Below, in pieces: positions 51,386-64,000 of a stretch of DNA of 64,000 bases. The notes beneath the pieces were generated by a model that was not told the origin of the DNA, did no database searches, and saw only the letters and a program-made list of their open reading frames with translations. This DNA is from Dipteris shenzhenensis (Eukaryota). The translations under genes and the position numbers were made by a program. The stretch is taken from NCBI GenBank assembly GCA_047967505.1, contig CM106538.1, one strand, 5' to 3'. Position 1 is the stretch's first letter; every line of letters starts with the position of its first letter.

Positions 51386-54300
51386 GACAACAAGACCCCA
51401 AATCTAGATCTTTTTGAACTGGATCAAAGAGCATAACTCTCTTTTCATTGTACATTGCTCAATTGGCTTTTTTTAACAACTTGAGGGATAGTGGAATCAG
51501 GAATCCAATTGTTAGTGCATATAAGAATTTGAGTCATTGTCAATCCATGGGAGAATTTTGTGTGACAGACCTTAAGTATTTGATGAGAACAACTTCCATA
51601 TCTGAAGTGCAGGATCAAGTTTCTATTTGTCAATGGGAAGATGTGGAAGTTTGTTGATGGTGGAAAAGTGGCAATGCTAGCCTATGATGAGTTAAATGCC
51701 ACAGCAATGGATATTTTCACTATATAAACTATGACTAAAGAACAAAATGGTTGCCCAAATGTGAGAGTGATCTCAATGAAAGCGGAATGGAAGAGGGTGA
51801 GAGAGAGGAAGAGCCACACAAGTTTTTGGTGGGTGCAAAACACCCTAATCTTCTATGTCATCCATATATATGTGTGTGTTTGAGTATTGTACATAACCAG
51901 GTTGAGGTACAGTGTCCTTTAACCCCCACAACCTCCCACTTAAAGGACAATGTGCCTTTAAGAGAGAACTATCAGTGGACATACTATCCAATGCCCATCA
52001 ATACATGACAATACTCAAACTACTGACTAGGTAGACTCTTCGTCATCATATCTGCAGGGTTATCATTTGTATGAACCTTGACAAGCTCTATGCGCTTGTC
52101 CTCAAGAACCTCCCTAATGAAATGGTACCTGACCTCAATGTGTTTGGTCTTTGCATGAAAGACCGTATTTTGTGCTATAGCTAAATAGCACTCATGGAAT
52201 CACTATGCAATGTCGGTATACCTGTATGAAGCTCCCACTAGTCGATCAAGCCATATAGCCTCCTTGTAACCCTCTATGGCTACAACATTCTCGGCCTCTC
52301 TGGTAGACAAAGCAATGCCCTTCTGTGCGCGAGACATCCATGACACTGCACCACCTGCAAAGATGAACACATAACTAGAAGTGTGGATCTCCTACTATCT
52401 ACATGCCTTGCATAGTATGAATCTATGTACCCAAGTACGTGCATCTCTCCTCTACCAAAGCAGATGCATATCTCCCTCATAATGCACTTACTATGCCTCC
52501 CAATTCCTCTTTCATAGATTAGCCATATATCGGCTAACAACCGTCTACTTCAAATGCAATGTCCAATCTAGTAGCTATCATAGCATACATAAGACTTCCA
52601 ACCGTTGGTGCATAAAGGAACCTTGGCCATCATGGCCCTCTCCTCATCTGATTTGGGACTATTTGCCTGACTCAGTTTTACATATGGAGGCAATGGAGTA
52701 CTTACTGCCTTTCCCCCCTCCATATTGAAATGTTGTAATACTTTTGTAACATACTCCTGTGAAAGCCAAAGGAGTTTCCTACTCTGATCACGCGTGATGC
52801 GCATACCAAGAATATGACCTACAGGTCCCAATTCTATCATGTCAAGGGCCTCATGCAACTTGGCCTTCAATGCATCTAGCTCATAAGTGTTCTTGCTAGC
52901 CAATAGCATATCATCCACATAAAGTGCCAAGATTATCAGGCTATTATCTTTAGTCCTTTAAGTATAGAGGTAGTAATCAATCTGACTTCTTCTGAAACCT
53001 TGGGACCAAATGAAAGCATCAAACTTTTGATAGCAATCTCTATGCACTTGCTTAAAGCCATAGAGAGTCTTTTTCAGCTTGCAAACCAAATGCTCTTTGC
53101 TCTTTTCTTCAAAACCTTCTGGCTTTACCATGTAAATTTTCTCATGCAAATCCCCATGCAAGAAAGTTGTCTTGACATTCATCTGCATAAGCTCCATATC
53201 CTTTTGTACGTAGGCACATCATCACTTGTGACCTTCATCTTGTAGACCCATTTACGTTGCCACATGCTTTCTTTCCACGTGGCAAAGAAACCAAGTCCCA
53301 AGTCTTATTTTTCATGAGTGAATTCATCTCTGATTGCATGGCATACTCCCACTTGCATTGATCCTCATACATCATAGCCTCCCTATAGTAAGAACGCTCA
53401 CTACAATTAGGAAGCATCACATAGTCTACTTGAACAAATCTCTCCAGTGGTCTAGATACTCTAGCTCATCTTCTTAAGTGCATTTGAGCTTGTTGTCCCG
53501 CCTGCATATCAACCACATTTGGCTCACCGTTTCCACTAATAGATGATCCATCATCTGCCCTAGATTGTGTGCCTATGGGAGTACCTAGTGGTAGCATTTC
53601 CTGCACATTCGGTGCTTAGATAGTTTGCTGCCTATCAACATATGTAGGTGGATTCACATCTTGGAAAGTGATTCTCCTCATTTCCACATCCCTCATGGGT
53701 GTCATGCATCTTCTTCTCATTAAATACCACATCATGGCTTCATATGATCTTCTTTGCTTCTGGATCCCAAAGACAATATCCCATCTTTCCACTTTCACCA
53801 TAACCCAAAAATATGCATTTCCTAGACTTAGGATCTATTTTCTTTTGAAGCTCTTTTGCCACATGTGCATATGCCTCACACCCAAATATATGCAAATGAG
53901 AGTAAGAGGGCTTCTTGCCACTCCATGCCTCTTTAGGAATACCACCATCCAAACACTTACTACATGCACTGCAATCTTCATTGCCTCAGCCCAAAAAACA
54001 CCAGAAAGACTTGCATTGGAAAGCATACATTGCAACCTTTCCTCAATGGTATGATTCATCTGTTTTGCAACTGGATTTTGCTCTAGAGTACGAGGGGACG
54101 TGAGCTCCCTCTTGATCCCATGTGTATCACAGAAATGTTGAAAGTCATGAGAGAGATACTCTCCACCATTGTCAGTCCATAGGCATTTAAGCATTCTACC
54201 TAACTGATTTTCAACCAAAGCCAGCCATTTCTGAAATACTTGGAACACATCGCTCTTCCAAGCTATAGCATAAGCCCATACTTTCCTAGTTGCATCGTCA

Positions 54301-57092
54301 ATGAATGTCACATAGTATTCAGCCTCGCCTAATGACAGTGTAGGCATGGGACCACATACGTCTAAATGCACCAAATCAACCTTTCAAGCTCTTTCTTTCC
54401 CCTTATTTTATGGGTTGATTTAGTATGCTTCCCATAGAGACAATGCTCACAGAATTCAAAGTTAGAAAAAATCAAATGTGATACATAACCCAAACGGCAT
54501 AAGAGTTTCATTCCATTTTGGCTCATGTGCCCTAATTGGTAATGCCACAAAGAAGTACTTGGTTGCTCATTTATTGTAACAACATGATCAAACACCCCTG
54601 ATACATGTAAGGGATACAATGTCCCACACTTGGCACTTCTTGTCAAAACCATAGAGCCCTTCTGAATTTTTCAACTCTGAAAACCAAAGGTGGTTTGAAA
54701 ACCAGCATCATCTAGGTGACCCACTGAAATAAGACTCTCGGTCATCTTAGTTGGCATGTCTCACATTTTTCAAAACAAATGCATACTTATTTGCAAAAGA
54801 AAACTTTATGTCACCTGCTCCCACTATGTCACATGCATAGTTATTTCCAAGATGCACACAAGCTGCCTTTCCACTGTCATAAGTGGAGAACCATTCCCTA
54901 TGAGGAGGAACATGGAATGAAGCACTAGAATCTAAAATCCAATCCTGGGAATATGCATCATCTGAAGTGGTAAGCAAGTCTCCAGGTAGAGTAAACATGG
55001 AGAGAATGTCATTGTCACTATTATAGTGACTGCATTGATCTCCTCAATCTTCACTTTTCCTTTGTTCTCCCTTGAACTCTCTTCCTTCTTATTTGCACCC
55101 CAATTTGCATTCTTTTTCTTATCCTTTTGCTCTCTTTTGAGCTTGTAGCAATCCTTTTTCATGTGGCCCTTCTTGCCACAATGGTAATACTCAATGTTCT
55201 GTGCCTCGGATTTGCTATACAAAACTTCCCTCTTTCTTGGGACTTCCCCCTAAACTGTGATCTACCCCTTTGCACATTAAGGCTACATCCTACTTGTTGC
55301 CATCCATAGACTTCGATCTAATCTCCTTGGCCAACAAGCTACCCACAACATCATCAAACTTCAGTACTCCACTAGGTTCAGAGTTATTCACATCAGTTGT
55401 ATGGAAGGTATCCCATGAGGATGGCAATGAACATAAGAGGAATATTGCCTTAGCCTCCACATCAAAATTCATCTTCTAAGCCTGAAGCTAGCTAAAAATA
55501 ATATTGAATTCATTCAAGTGAGAATGGAGAACACTTCCTTCATCTGTAGCTCAAACAACCTCTTCATGAGGTAAACTTTATTAGAGGTAGTTTCCTTCTC
55601 ATAAGTGGCACATAATTTTTTCCACAAAACTTCCATAGTCTACTTATTTACTACTGTGAAATAGACTGACTCTGCAAGATGAATTCTAATAGTAGACTTT
55701 TCTAATGCATCCAACTCAGTCCAATCATCCTTAAACATAGTTACAGACTTAGCTGCAATCCCTTGCAAGGGTTTAATCTGCTTCTTTTGAATAAACACAT
55801 CCCTTATCTGTTCTTTCCACAAAGAAAAGTTTGTGCCATCAAACTTTGTAATGTTGAAAAACTCCTTTCCATACATGAAAGAGGATGAGATGATGCAAAT
55901 AAAGCAAAATCCCAAATGCTAGTGCCTGCAAGAAAGAATCACGCCAAATACAAGGTTCACCCAAATATGTCTATCACAATGGAGGGTAATATCACCAAAA
56001 ACTCAAAGTTCAAAGCATCAAAATGCATCTGACTCATGTGAATATACTATCCATCCATATGAGCAATTTGGCCCAAAAGAAAATGCCAACTGCAATGGCA
56101 ATCCAAATGCTAGTCAAAGTGCTGAAATTACAGGAGTCTGCAACAACTTTTCCCTATTTTGAATAGCCAATATATTTTAAATGATAACTCGGATGCCAAA
56201 ACTATAAAAAGAAAAATTGTAGCCAACTAATAGCTTTAAAAACTTCAAGTTTGCTCTATGGATCCAAATTCCTTCTGGTTCTCTAATATTAACTGCTGAA
56301 AACAGCCTCCTACTCACTTTTTCTAGTAGTTATTGAGAATGTAAATCATGGGCATACAAGGCGTAATAACCTATCCTACAAATCTCGGATTGAAATGCTT
56401 TCAAAAGCAAGATTGTAGCTTTTCCAATGGTCTCAAACTGTTCAATTTATATCTAGACTGAATTCTTCACAGTTAGAAAGATATTCACGTTAGAAATAGG
56501 CTTCATAGGTTGTAGATTGTGTAACTTTTTGCTGTCTTGCAGGTCTGATAACTTTTGACAGATAATCTAGATCAAAAAACTTTCAAAAGAAAAGTTGTAG
56601 CCCTTAAACTGTTCTACACTTTCTCTATTTAACTCAGGTTCTGAGTCCTCAAGATTTGAGAGACATTCTCTCCTGAAAGTGACTGTTTGCACAATTTGTA
56701 GCATAAAAATTCCTCACAATTCACTTTGCAATCTCCCTCTGCCTCAGTCAATCATGGCCATAATGCATCAATAAGCAATACACAAAAAAATGAGCAACCA
56801 ATGCTCTCCTGTACCCGAGCAAGTATGCACAGTGCACAAGCACAAATCCTGCAAATCAAAGAATGCTCAGCCCCCAATGCGTAAACACATCACTGGCAAC
56901 CTCTTGGGCATGAAACCACGAAGTGACAACATCCGACACTCGTAGTACAAAGTTCCCTTAGAAACAAGTAGTTTTTACTTCCCATTACTGAAAACCAGTG
57001 TAGCACAGACCTAAACCGATGTATAGTAGGTCGTTTTTACTCCCAGAGAGTGAATATATGACTTCCCCCTCTTAAAACAAGCAACAAACTAT

Positions 57093-59755
57093 AGTTGGAG
57101 TAGCAAGAAGGATTCAGCACAAATGAAGCAAAATGGAGGATTATATTCAAGAGAGGAGAGGCCCTTATAAGGGCAACTGATACAATGCATGTGCCCCAAA
57201 GGAGAGCATCTCCAGATCCACAAATCACTCCACTGATCTCTCAATCAAGCCCATGAATCTCTCAATCACACCTAATAGAACCTTCTACCACCTAACCTGG
57301 TCACACTAACCACCATGTGGTGATACACAACCCTTGTACCCCTAGGTACACCCCATTACATCAATTTGTCCATCATTCCCCCCCACAAATTGATGACCTC
57401 ATCCCTCAGCAGTAGTACATAGGATGCTCCATGGCTTGCCCACCATCATGTGGCAACACACATGACCCCAACCTGTGACTCACTCCTAGGACTCTTGGTT
57501 TACAATTGGAGGATTGGACACTGACTATGTATGGAAATCCCATGGGTCCAACAAGGTAAAACCTCAAACAAAGGACTAACAATCATTTAAGGATGAACTA
57601 AACATGGTAGAGAACCATTATTGACCACACACACACAAACAACTTAGAAAACATATGGGTCATCACCCTTGTCAAGATTGACTTGGGTGGTGAAAGCAGT
57701 GAGAGCTTTAACATCCTCCAGTTCTTCTTCTTCTTTTGTCTCTGCTTCTTCCACAAGGTTTTTTGAACATTTCTTCTTTGCATAGCACTCTTTCTCAAAA
57801 TGTCCATGTTTTCCACAAAAGTTGCACTTCATCTTGCTCTTGCTGGTGGATCCCTTAAAGTTGCTTTTGGCCAAATATGCCCCATGTTCTTTGTAGTCAT
57901 TCCTCTGTTTGATTTTCCTTTCCTCTTCCAAGAGGGATGCCTCAATTTCCAGCAAACTAATCTCTGGTATATCGGTGAGAGTAGTGACAATAGTGCCATA
58001 TTCCTCAATTAGGCTTTTGAGTAAGATAGCAATTACAATGTCATCATTAAGATTAAACTTGATGCTAGCTAATTGAGTCAGTATGCTCTTCATGGAGTTT
58101 AAATGTGAAGAGATGGATTCTGCTCTATCCAATTTCAAATCAAAGAATTTGATGAGCAAGCTAAACTTGGAACACTTCCCCTGTGCTCCAAAGACAAGCT
58201 CAAGATGACTTCATGCAGCATGAGTAGTCTCAAATCCATCAATGTGGTGAAATAAAAGAATCACTCAATCAAAGAGCAATTATGGCTAGTGCCTTTTCAT
58301 CCTTAGGGAGCCATCACTTCTCCTTACCTAGTGGTTGGTTTCTTTTCTTTTCCATTAGCCACATTCCAGATCCCCTTTTTCATGAGAATAAATTTTAGTT
58401 TGCTCTGCCAAGTATGAAAACCCTCTCCCTCAAACTTATCTATCTTGGTTTTGGAGGCCATAGGGAAGGTCTTATCAAGACTGGCACTGTCTAATCCCCT
58501 TACAATTCAAAAAGAACTATCACCATGTAGATGCATGTTGCAAGCAATGAAATCTAAAAAGCCAAGGTCCTTTACATATTGATAATAGTGAGGGACCTAG
58601 GATTTGCCTTGGAGTTTAGTGACCTTCCTATTGTTATATCTTGGAGTTTTATTCTTCTTTATCATCTTAACACATGGAGTGTTGCTAGAACCACAAGAAG
58701 AAGGCATGTTCAAAAACTATCTTTCCATGAATACAAAACTATGAAGGAAAGATTGTCAAGATACCAAGTAGAATGTTTGCAGGTGAATGAGACTCCCACA
58801 AGTCCAATGGCTCCTCTAGCACTCCAGCATAGTCAGTACTAAAGTTCTTGCAATCAAACTAAGAAGCCCCAAATCTTAGTTGACTTGGTCAACCCTCTAA
58901 TTCACAAAACTGTCAAAATGTGAACTCAGAAATGAGCAGAGATTGGAGGCTAAAATTAAAGTTCTAGAAGCAAGAATTGAAGGGGCTTTTGCACTGGAAT
59001 GAAAGCTCTTTTACAAGAGAGGAGCCCCTAGAGAAGAGTTGCGCAATGTTGCGTCGAGTCGCCTGAGAGAGAAGCACCTTTTCCAACTAGTTTTTTCTTG
59101 TTTTCTCCTCAAGTACTAGACCATTGTTGCTCAAAATTCATCAGCAACTAGCTCATAAGGTTGCCCAACCTCCCCTAAGAGGGTTTTGCAAATGGTTGAG
59201 TCTACAGGCAAAATTTCCTAGAATATCGCCTAGTGAAGAAGCTATTGGCACAGGCAACAGTAGCAAAATCTTGTAAAATGCTTTAAGGTGGAAGTGCACC
59301 TTAGGGAGGTGGTTTTAAATCTCAGAGGACTTGAGGAATAGTCACATGTAGAGGGAGAACAAGCTTAAGGAAAAAATGTGGGAAGAGAGGGGAGAAATCC
59401 TTCATTTTGGAAGAAGATGATGACATGGCACTCAAAGAGGGCTCAAGGAGGGTGAACATGGCTCTGATACCACATGTTGGAGTAGTAAGAAGGATTCATC
59501 AAATGAAGGAAAATGGAGGAGTTTATTCAAGAGAGGAGAGGCCCTTATAAGGGCAACTGATACAATGCATGTGCCCCAAAGGAGAGCATCTACAGATCCA
59601 CAAATCACTCCACTGATCTCTCAATTAAGCCCATGAATCTCTCTATCACACGTAATAGAACCTTCTACCACGTAACTTGGTCACACTAACCACCATGTGG
59701 TGATACACAATAATTGTACCCCTAGGTACACCCCATTACATCAATTTGTCCTTCA
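57093..59755 (-). mobile_element. Gag-only LTR retrotransposon (TR-GAG-like), TSD ACTAT
   Basis: LTRs at 57093-57375 and 59475-59755. ACTAT at 57088-57092 and 59756-59760. Perfect iMet PBS at 59461-59472 and PPT TTCCCCCCC at 57376-57384. Only gag lies inside. Confidence 0.93.
57644..58461 (-). pseudogene. Copia-type Gag of the nested element (frameshifts in 5' part)
   Basis: MASKTKIDKF.. starts at 58461. UBN2-like ESISSHLNSMKSILTQLASI..AILLKSL, CCHC knuckle CNFCGKHGHFEKEC, stop at 57644. Confidence 0.85.
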
Positions 59756-60822
59756 ACTATCCGAAAAGATAAGGCAACCTATTGTATACACCCCCGAACA
59801 GTAAAAACAACCTAAAATATGTTAAAATACAACTCCCATGGGCAACCCACGGGTAGTAGGAGACTCCACGCAATAACTACGAGCAAAGATAACACTTCCT
59901 GGGCTGGAAACAAGCAAGAAACAAGCTCTACAAAGCAGGCAACGGGCTAGAAATCACTGCTGCAGTAGTAAGAAAATTGAGATTCCCTTCCTTCGTTTTG
60001 AAGCCACAAGTGAATAGAAGCTCTCCCACAAGCTTCCACAGCAATAGGAAAGCAGAGGGCGGCAAGAGGGCAAGGCTCTGATGCTAATTGAGAGTGCTCT
60101 CAAACAAAAGTGGAATGGAAGAGGATGAGAGAGAGGAAGAGCCACACAAGTTTTTGGTGGATGCAAAACACCCTAATCTTCTATATCATTCATATATATA
60201 TGTGTTTGAGTATTGTACATAGCCGATGTTAAGGTATAGTGGCCTTTAACTCCCATAAAATAATGCATTTGAGGTGTGGACAATGGTGATGCCCATTTTA
60301 GAGGGCAAAACCTTGATTACACACATGAATTTGAAGACACAATTGGCAAATCCTCATATGGAAGAAGGTAATGACTTGATGGAACACCTTAACAAGATGA
60401 AAATTCTCAAGGACAAACTAACCAAGAATGGCTTGATGTGGATAATGTAGAAGTTTTCAAACAAATAATCCAAAGTTTACTCCATCTTTGAGAGCCTCGG
60501 GGTGGCAGTGATTGCTAGAGGGGCATAGCGATCAAGTCAGATGAATTGATAAGCTTATTGATCCAAGACGAGGACTGGAGAAAAGGATTGAGGGATGAAC
60601 ATGTTGAAGGTGCATTGGTGACCAAGATGCGCAATATGTAATTCAAAGGCAAGAAGCCTCATAGGAATACATAACATGGTGAGAGTTCAAAGTCCAAGCC
60701 TAGACAGCATAAAAACAATCAAAGCCAATAGAGATAACAGACTTTTGCTAAACAAAGGCAATCTGCAAAGAGCAAAATGAAGTGTTATAAATCTGGCAAG
60801 TTGGGTCACATCTCCAAATATT

Positions 60823-60923
60823 AAATTATGTACAGCAGTGAGTATACATCAAGGACATCAAATTATGCATAGCATTGAGTTTACATCAAGGACATCAAAC
60901 TATGCATAGCATTGAGTGCATCA
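60823..60923. repeat. Right arm of inverted repeat: 37-bp unit x2.7 ending in TGCATCA
   Basis: Units of AAATTATGCATAGCATTGAGT(A/T)TACATCAAGGACATC. Confidence 0.9.
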
Positions 60924-62000
60924 TGGTAATCCACACAAATCCAGAGCTCACTGTTCTTTTTGGGAGCAATGACAATGACAGAGAGCCAAGTTACCTTATC
61001 AATTGGGTAAAATGAAACCCAATGACAAAGAGCCAAGTTACCTTATCAGTTGGGTAAAATGAAACCCATCCATAGCAACTTATCAATCTCCTTTTTAACC
61101 AACTAGGCATAATTTGGGTTCATATCTTAACACTATTTGGCATCCTTCTTCAGGTTGATCCAGTGTATGTACACAAAGATTTGGATCAACAACCCCCCTT
61201 ATATCTATGTTCTCCCATGCAAAGATATTATTTTTCTCCTTTAACAAAGCTGCTAAATATTTCCAAAATTCTCCCATAGCATCAACATTAATTTTCACCA
61301 GCTTAGTTTTGAGATTCAATTCTTCATGATCATCTTCTTGAATGCAAAGAGGTCCTCCACATCTATTCTACATACGCTGATTCCACTTTGATAATTACCT
61401 CTTCCCCATATTTTTAGAGCAGGAGACTTCCCCCTCATCCAATTATGGGTCCAACTCCATGACCCGTAATTCCAATAGGTTATTATCTTCTAATGCCACA
61501 ACCTTAATAGACACTGCACAAATGGTTGGTGTAGCTAAGTCAAGCCCTTCAAAATCAGGATCGCAGATGGATTGGCATCCAAAAATTTATACTCATCATC
61601 ATCCAATTTAGCCCCTCCCCCATATTAGTTCTGTGTGCCATGACCAATCATTTTTTTTCTTTAGGGTCATCGTGGATTCATCTTCATCTTCAAATTCTTC
61701 TTCTCACTCTTTACACTTATGGTTTTGTTGAACTCCACTCTTATTTGAATCTAGCTACCTTGAACCAGGGTGGCCCAACAACATCAAGTATCTAATCCTC
61801 CTCCATTTACAGGATGACAAAACTAACTTTGAAGACCATCCCTTGAATACAATCACTTTGTTCCAAAGAAAGACTATCGGTTGAATACGACTTTGATCTA
61901 CCATCCATGGCACAGGTTCCAAACTGGATAGTCCGAGTCTTTTTAAACATGTATTGTAGCAAGATGTTAAACAAATCCAAACAATCATGAGACTCTAAGG
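60924..62000 (-). mobile_element. Gypsy protease to RT-start fragment
   Basis: YLMLLGHP (~61775), NIFAWENIDIRGV (~61215) and ELWICVDY (~60930-60950). A 47-bp duplication lies at 60974-61067. Confidence 0.75.
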
Positions 62001-62633
62001 TCAAAGCACATTGACATCTGCTACCATTTCATACAACATTGGGCGGAAGATGGAATTATTCAACTACCAAAGTGCCATTGCATTAGCAAAGAATCCAAAA
62101 GATCATGAGAGGCCAAAGCACATTGACACCCACTAACATTTCATATGACATCAAGTGGAAGAAGGAATTGTTTATTTAGTTCATTGTTTCTCTGAGGACC
62201 GCCGGGCAACAGATTTATTTATAAAAAAATTTACCTCGTAGGAAGTTTGAGAAGTTTAAATCCTACCCATCTATTTTTTAATAGAGACCATCCAATGATG
62301 GGGGAGTCTTGAAGTATATGGGTCATTGGGCTAGTCCCACACATGTATATATTGTTGGATATATGTTCATATATTGTATGTATGGGTAAATGGTTAGGAC
62401 CATAGAGTTCTATAGAGGGATTCTAAGTCATTGTGCGGATAGTCCTTATGGACTTAGGGCAACAGACCTAGGGTTCCATGTATATTTTATCATCTTCATC
62501 TTTTTTGTTATGTGAGAGTGTACATTTTGTATAGCCAACTGTGTGTATGTTCTCTCTTGTCCTCTTTAATGTGTGCTTAGAATGTTGGACTGTGTGTCCT
62601 CATTTAGATCTATCTTTAGCATAGATTTCAATA
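62000..62633 (+). mobile_element. Copia 3' end: RNaseH tail, PPT and LTR
   Basis: AIALAKNPKDHERPKHIDTH, PPT GATGGGGGAG at 62297-62306, and LTR TCTTGAA..TTCAATA at 62307-62633 (degenerate TGTTGAA..TTCAACA). Confidence 0.75.
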
Positions 62634-63137
62634 TCAAGACTTGCTGCAGAGATTTGAGGCCCAAAAAGTGGATTCGTATAGACATAAATGAAGACAAAAT
62701 TAATAGAGCATTTAAATTGGTTAGAAGTTGTCTTGTCAGTATTCTATGAATTCTTTATGAGTAGAAATGGATCACTTAGATCTATTTTTATTAAAGCAAG
62801 TTTTGCACTTGCAAAATCTTATTTTTTTGGAAAGAGAGACATTGGGGGTTTCCCCAAACAAGGACTCACAACCACAATATCATAAGTTTCCCAAAGAAGA
62901 GCTCACAATTATTCGGTCATGACATAGTGAATATCAAAGATGAAAGGTGAAAGAAGGGGGGGAAAGGTGCAGAGATGCATATGTATGAACTCATGGCATG
63001 GGTTTATAAAGCACATGTCACAAGAAAATTATGCAAAATGAACAACATCAATCTCTTACTAAAAAAATATTTTTAGTAAATCCTATATATGCATGTAAAT
63101 CCTAGTTATGTATGTAATCAATACTTACTAGATTGTG

Positions 63138-63141
<4 letters not shown>

Positions 63142-63195
<54 letters not shown>
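63142..63195. repeat. (CT)n microsatellite
   Basis: Seen directly. Confidence 0.95.
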
Positions 63196-63200
<5 letters not shown>

Positions 63201-64000
63201 TGCCTTTTACCAAATGTTGCAAAACTCGATCCCCTCTGTATGGCACTCTTTTTTTTTTTGTGAATCCTCTCTTTGGAAATCTCATTCACTCTCTTGTTTG
63301 CATGAGAATCTCTCCTTGCATATGGATATTCTTCTTCTTACTATGATGGTACAAATCCTCATATATAGGAGGTTGCTTCTTCAAGATCCCATGATAGCTT
63401 TTCAAACACCTATGATACTTTTAGATTGAAGAACAAGATACAGGATACTCTAGCTACATCTCCAATTTGTGTAGGATCCTTGAGGGGTCACTCAAAACTA
63501 TGTAAGATGTATTAGCACATTATACTCATCCCATGCAAAACTTTGCTAGTTAGCACACTTGGGTGTGTGAAACATAGACATTAGTTGACAAAGCATGATG
63601 TCTCTAATGATCAAGGTGTATATTGATGCTTACTTGAGAAAGAATGAGACATGAAAAAAGATGGCACACCGTCCCATGCCTATGTTGTAGGTATTTTACC
63701 ACATCTACAATCATCAAATGATATCAAGAGGTAGACAAGATGATTGGATGGTTTCTCTATCTCAAGTTCTAGTTAGCTTACATGAAATGTTACAAGTGAA
63801 AAGTTGCATATAGGCTATAGAAATTTTTAGATGTATCCATAAAATATCATGGACTTCCATGCAAGCATTGTTGGCTACTACAATAATGTGTGAAATTTTG
63901 ACATCCATAAACATTTAATAGAGCATGATGCCTCGAACTCTCATAGGGAAAATAAATGCTTAGTTGAGAAAGAGTGGGACATGGGAAAAGAAGGCATGCA

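Larger units (their letters stand above)
51762..60257 (-). mobile_element. Full-length decayed Copia with 169-bp LTRs
   Basis: LTRs at 51762-51930 and 60089-60257, TSD AAATG/AAATA. Degenerate iMet PBS GCTCTGATGCTA at 60075-60086 and PPT CCTCCCACTT at 51932-51941. Gag (KFDGTNFSLWK), protease (WILDSSASFH), integrase (VHLDVCGPM, TDNGGEY), RT (LYVDDML) and RNaseH (TKHIEVRYHF). Confidence 0.93.
51419..60822 (+). mobile_element. Copia PBS+gag fragment split by the 51762-60257 insertion
   Basis: Degenerate PBS TGGATCAAAGAGC at ~51420 and FDENNFHI at ~51580. After the insertion come AFEVW, MEEGNDLMEHLNKMKILKDKL and the knuckle KCYKSGKLGHISK (~60780-60818). Confidence 0.75.

Overview
Plant nuclear DNA dominated by nested, decayed retrotransposons; a fern or lycophyte origin is my inference only. 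Two intact host genes: a two-exon ARM-repeat protein (11406-11704, 12640-13510, +) and an intronless nepenthesin-like aspartic protease (46782-48245, +), each with a tandem repeat in its leader. Elements with resolvable ends are a 7.6-kb Gypsy (24025-31620, TSD AAGAG), a Copia with 169-bp LTRs (51762-60257), a 2.7-kb Gag-only LTR element nested in it (57093-59755, TSD ACTAT) and two solo LTRs with TSDs. The most unusual observations are three. (1) The Gypsy lacks RT/RNaseH/integrase, carries a long extra ORF and has a tRNA-Arg 3'-end match where the polypurine tract should be. (2) TG..CA inverted repeats (51322-51385, 60823-60923) bracket a Copia PBS+gag fragment. (3) The protease has lost two conserved cysteines together. 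Boundaries without TSDs are approximate and no database search was possible.
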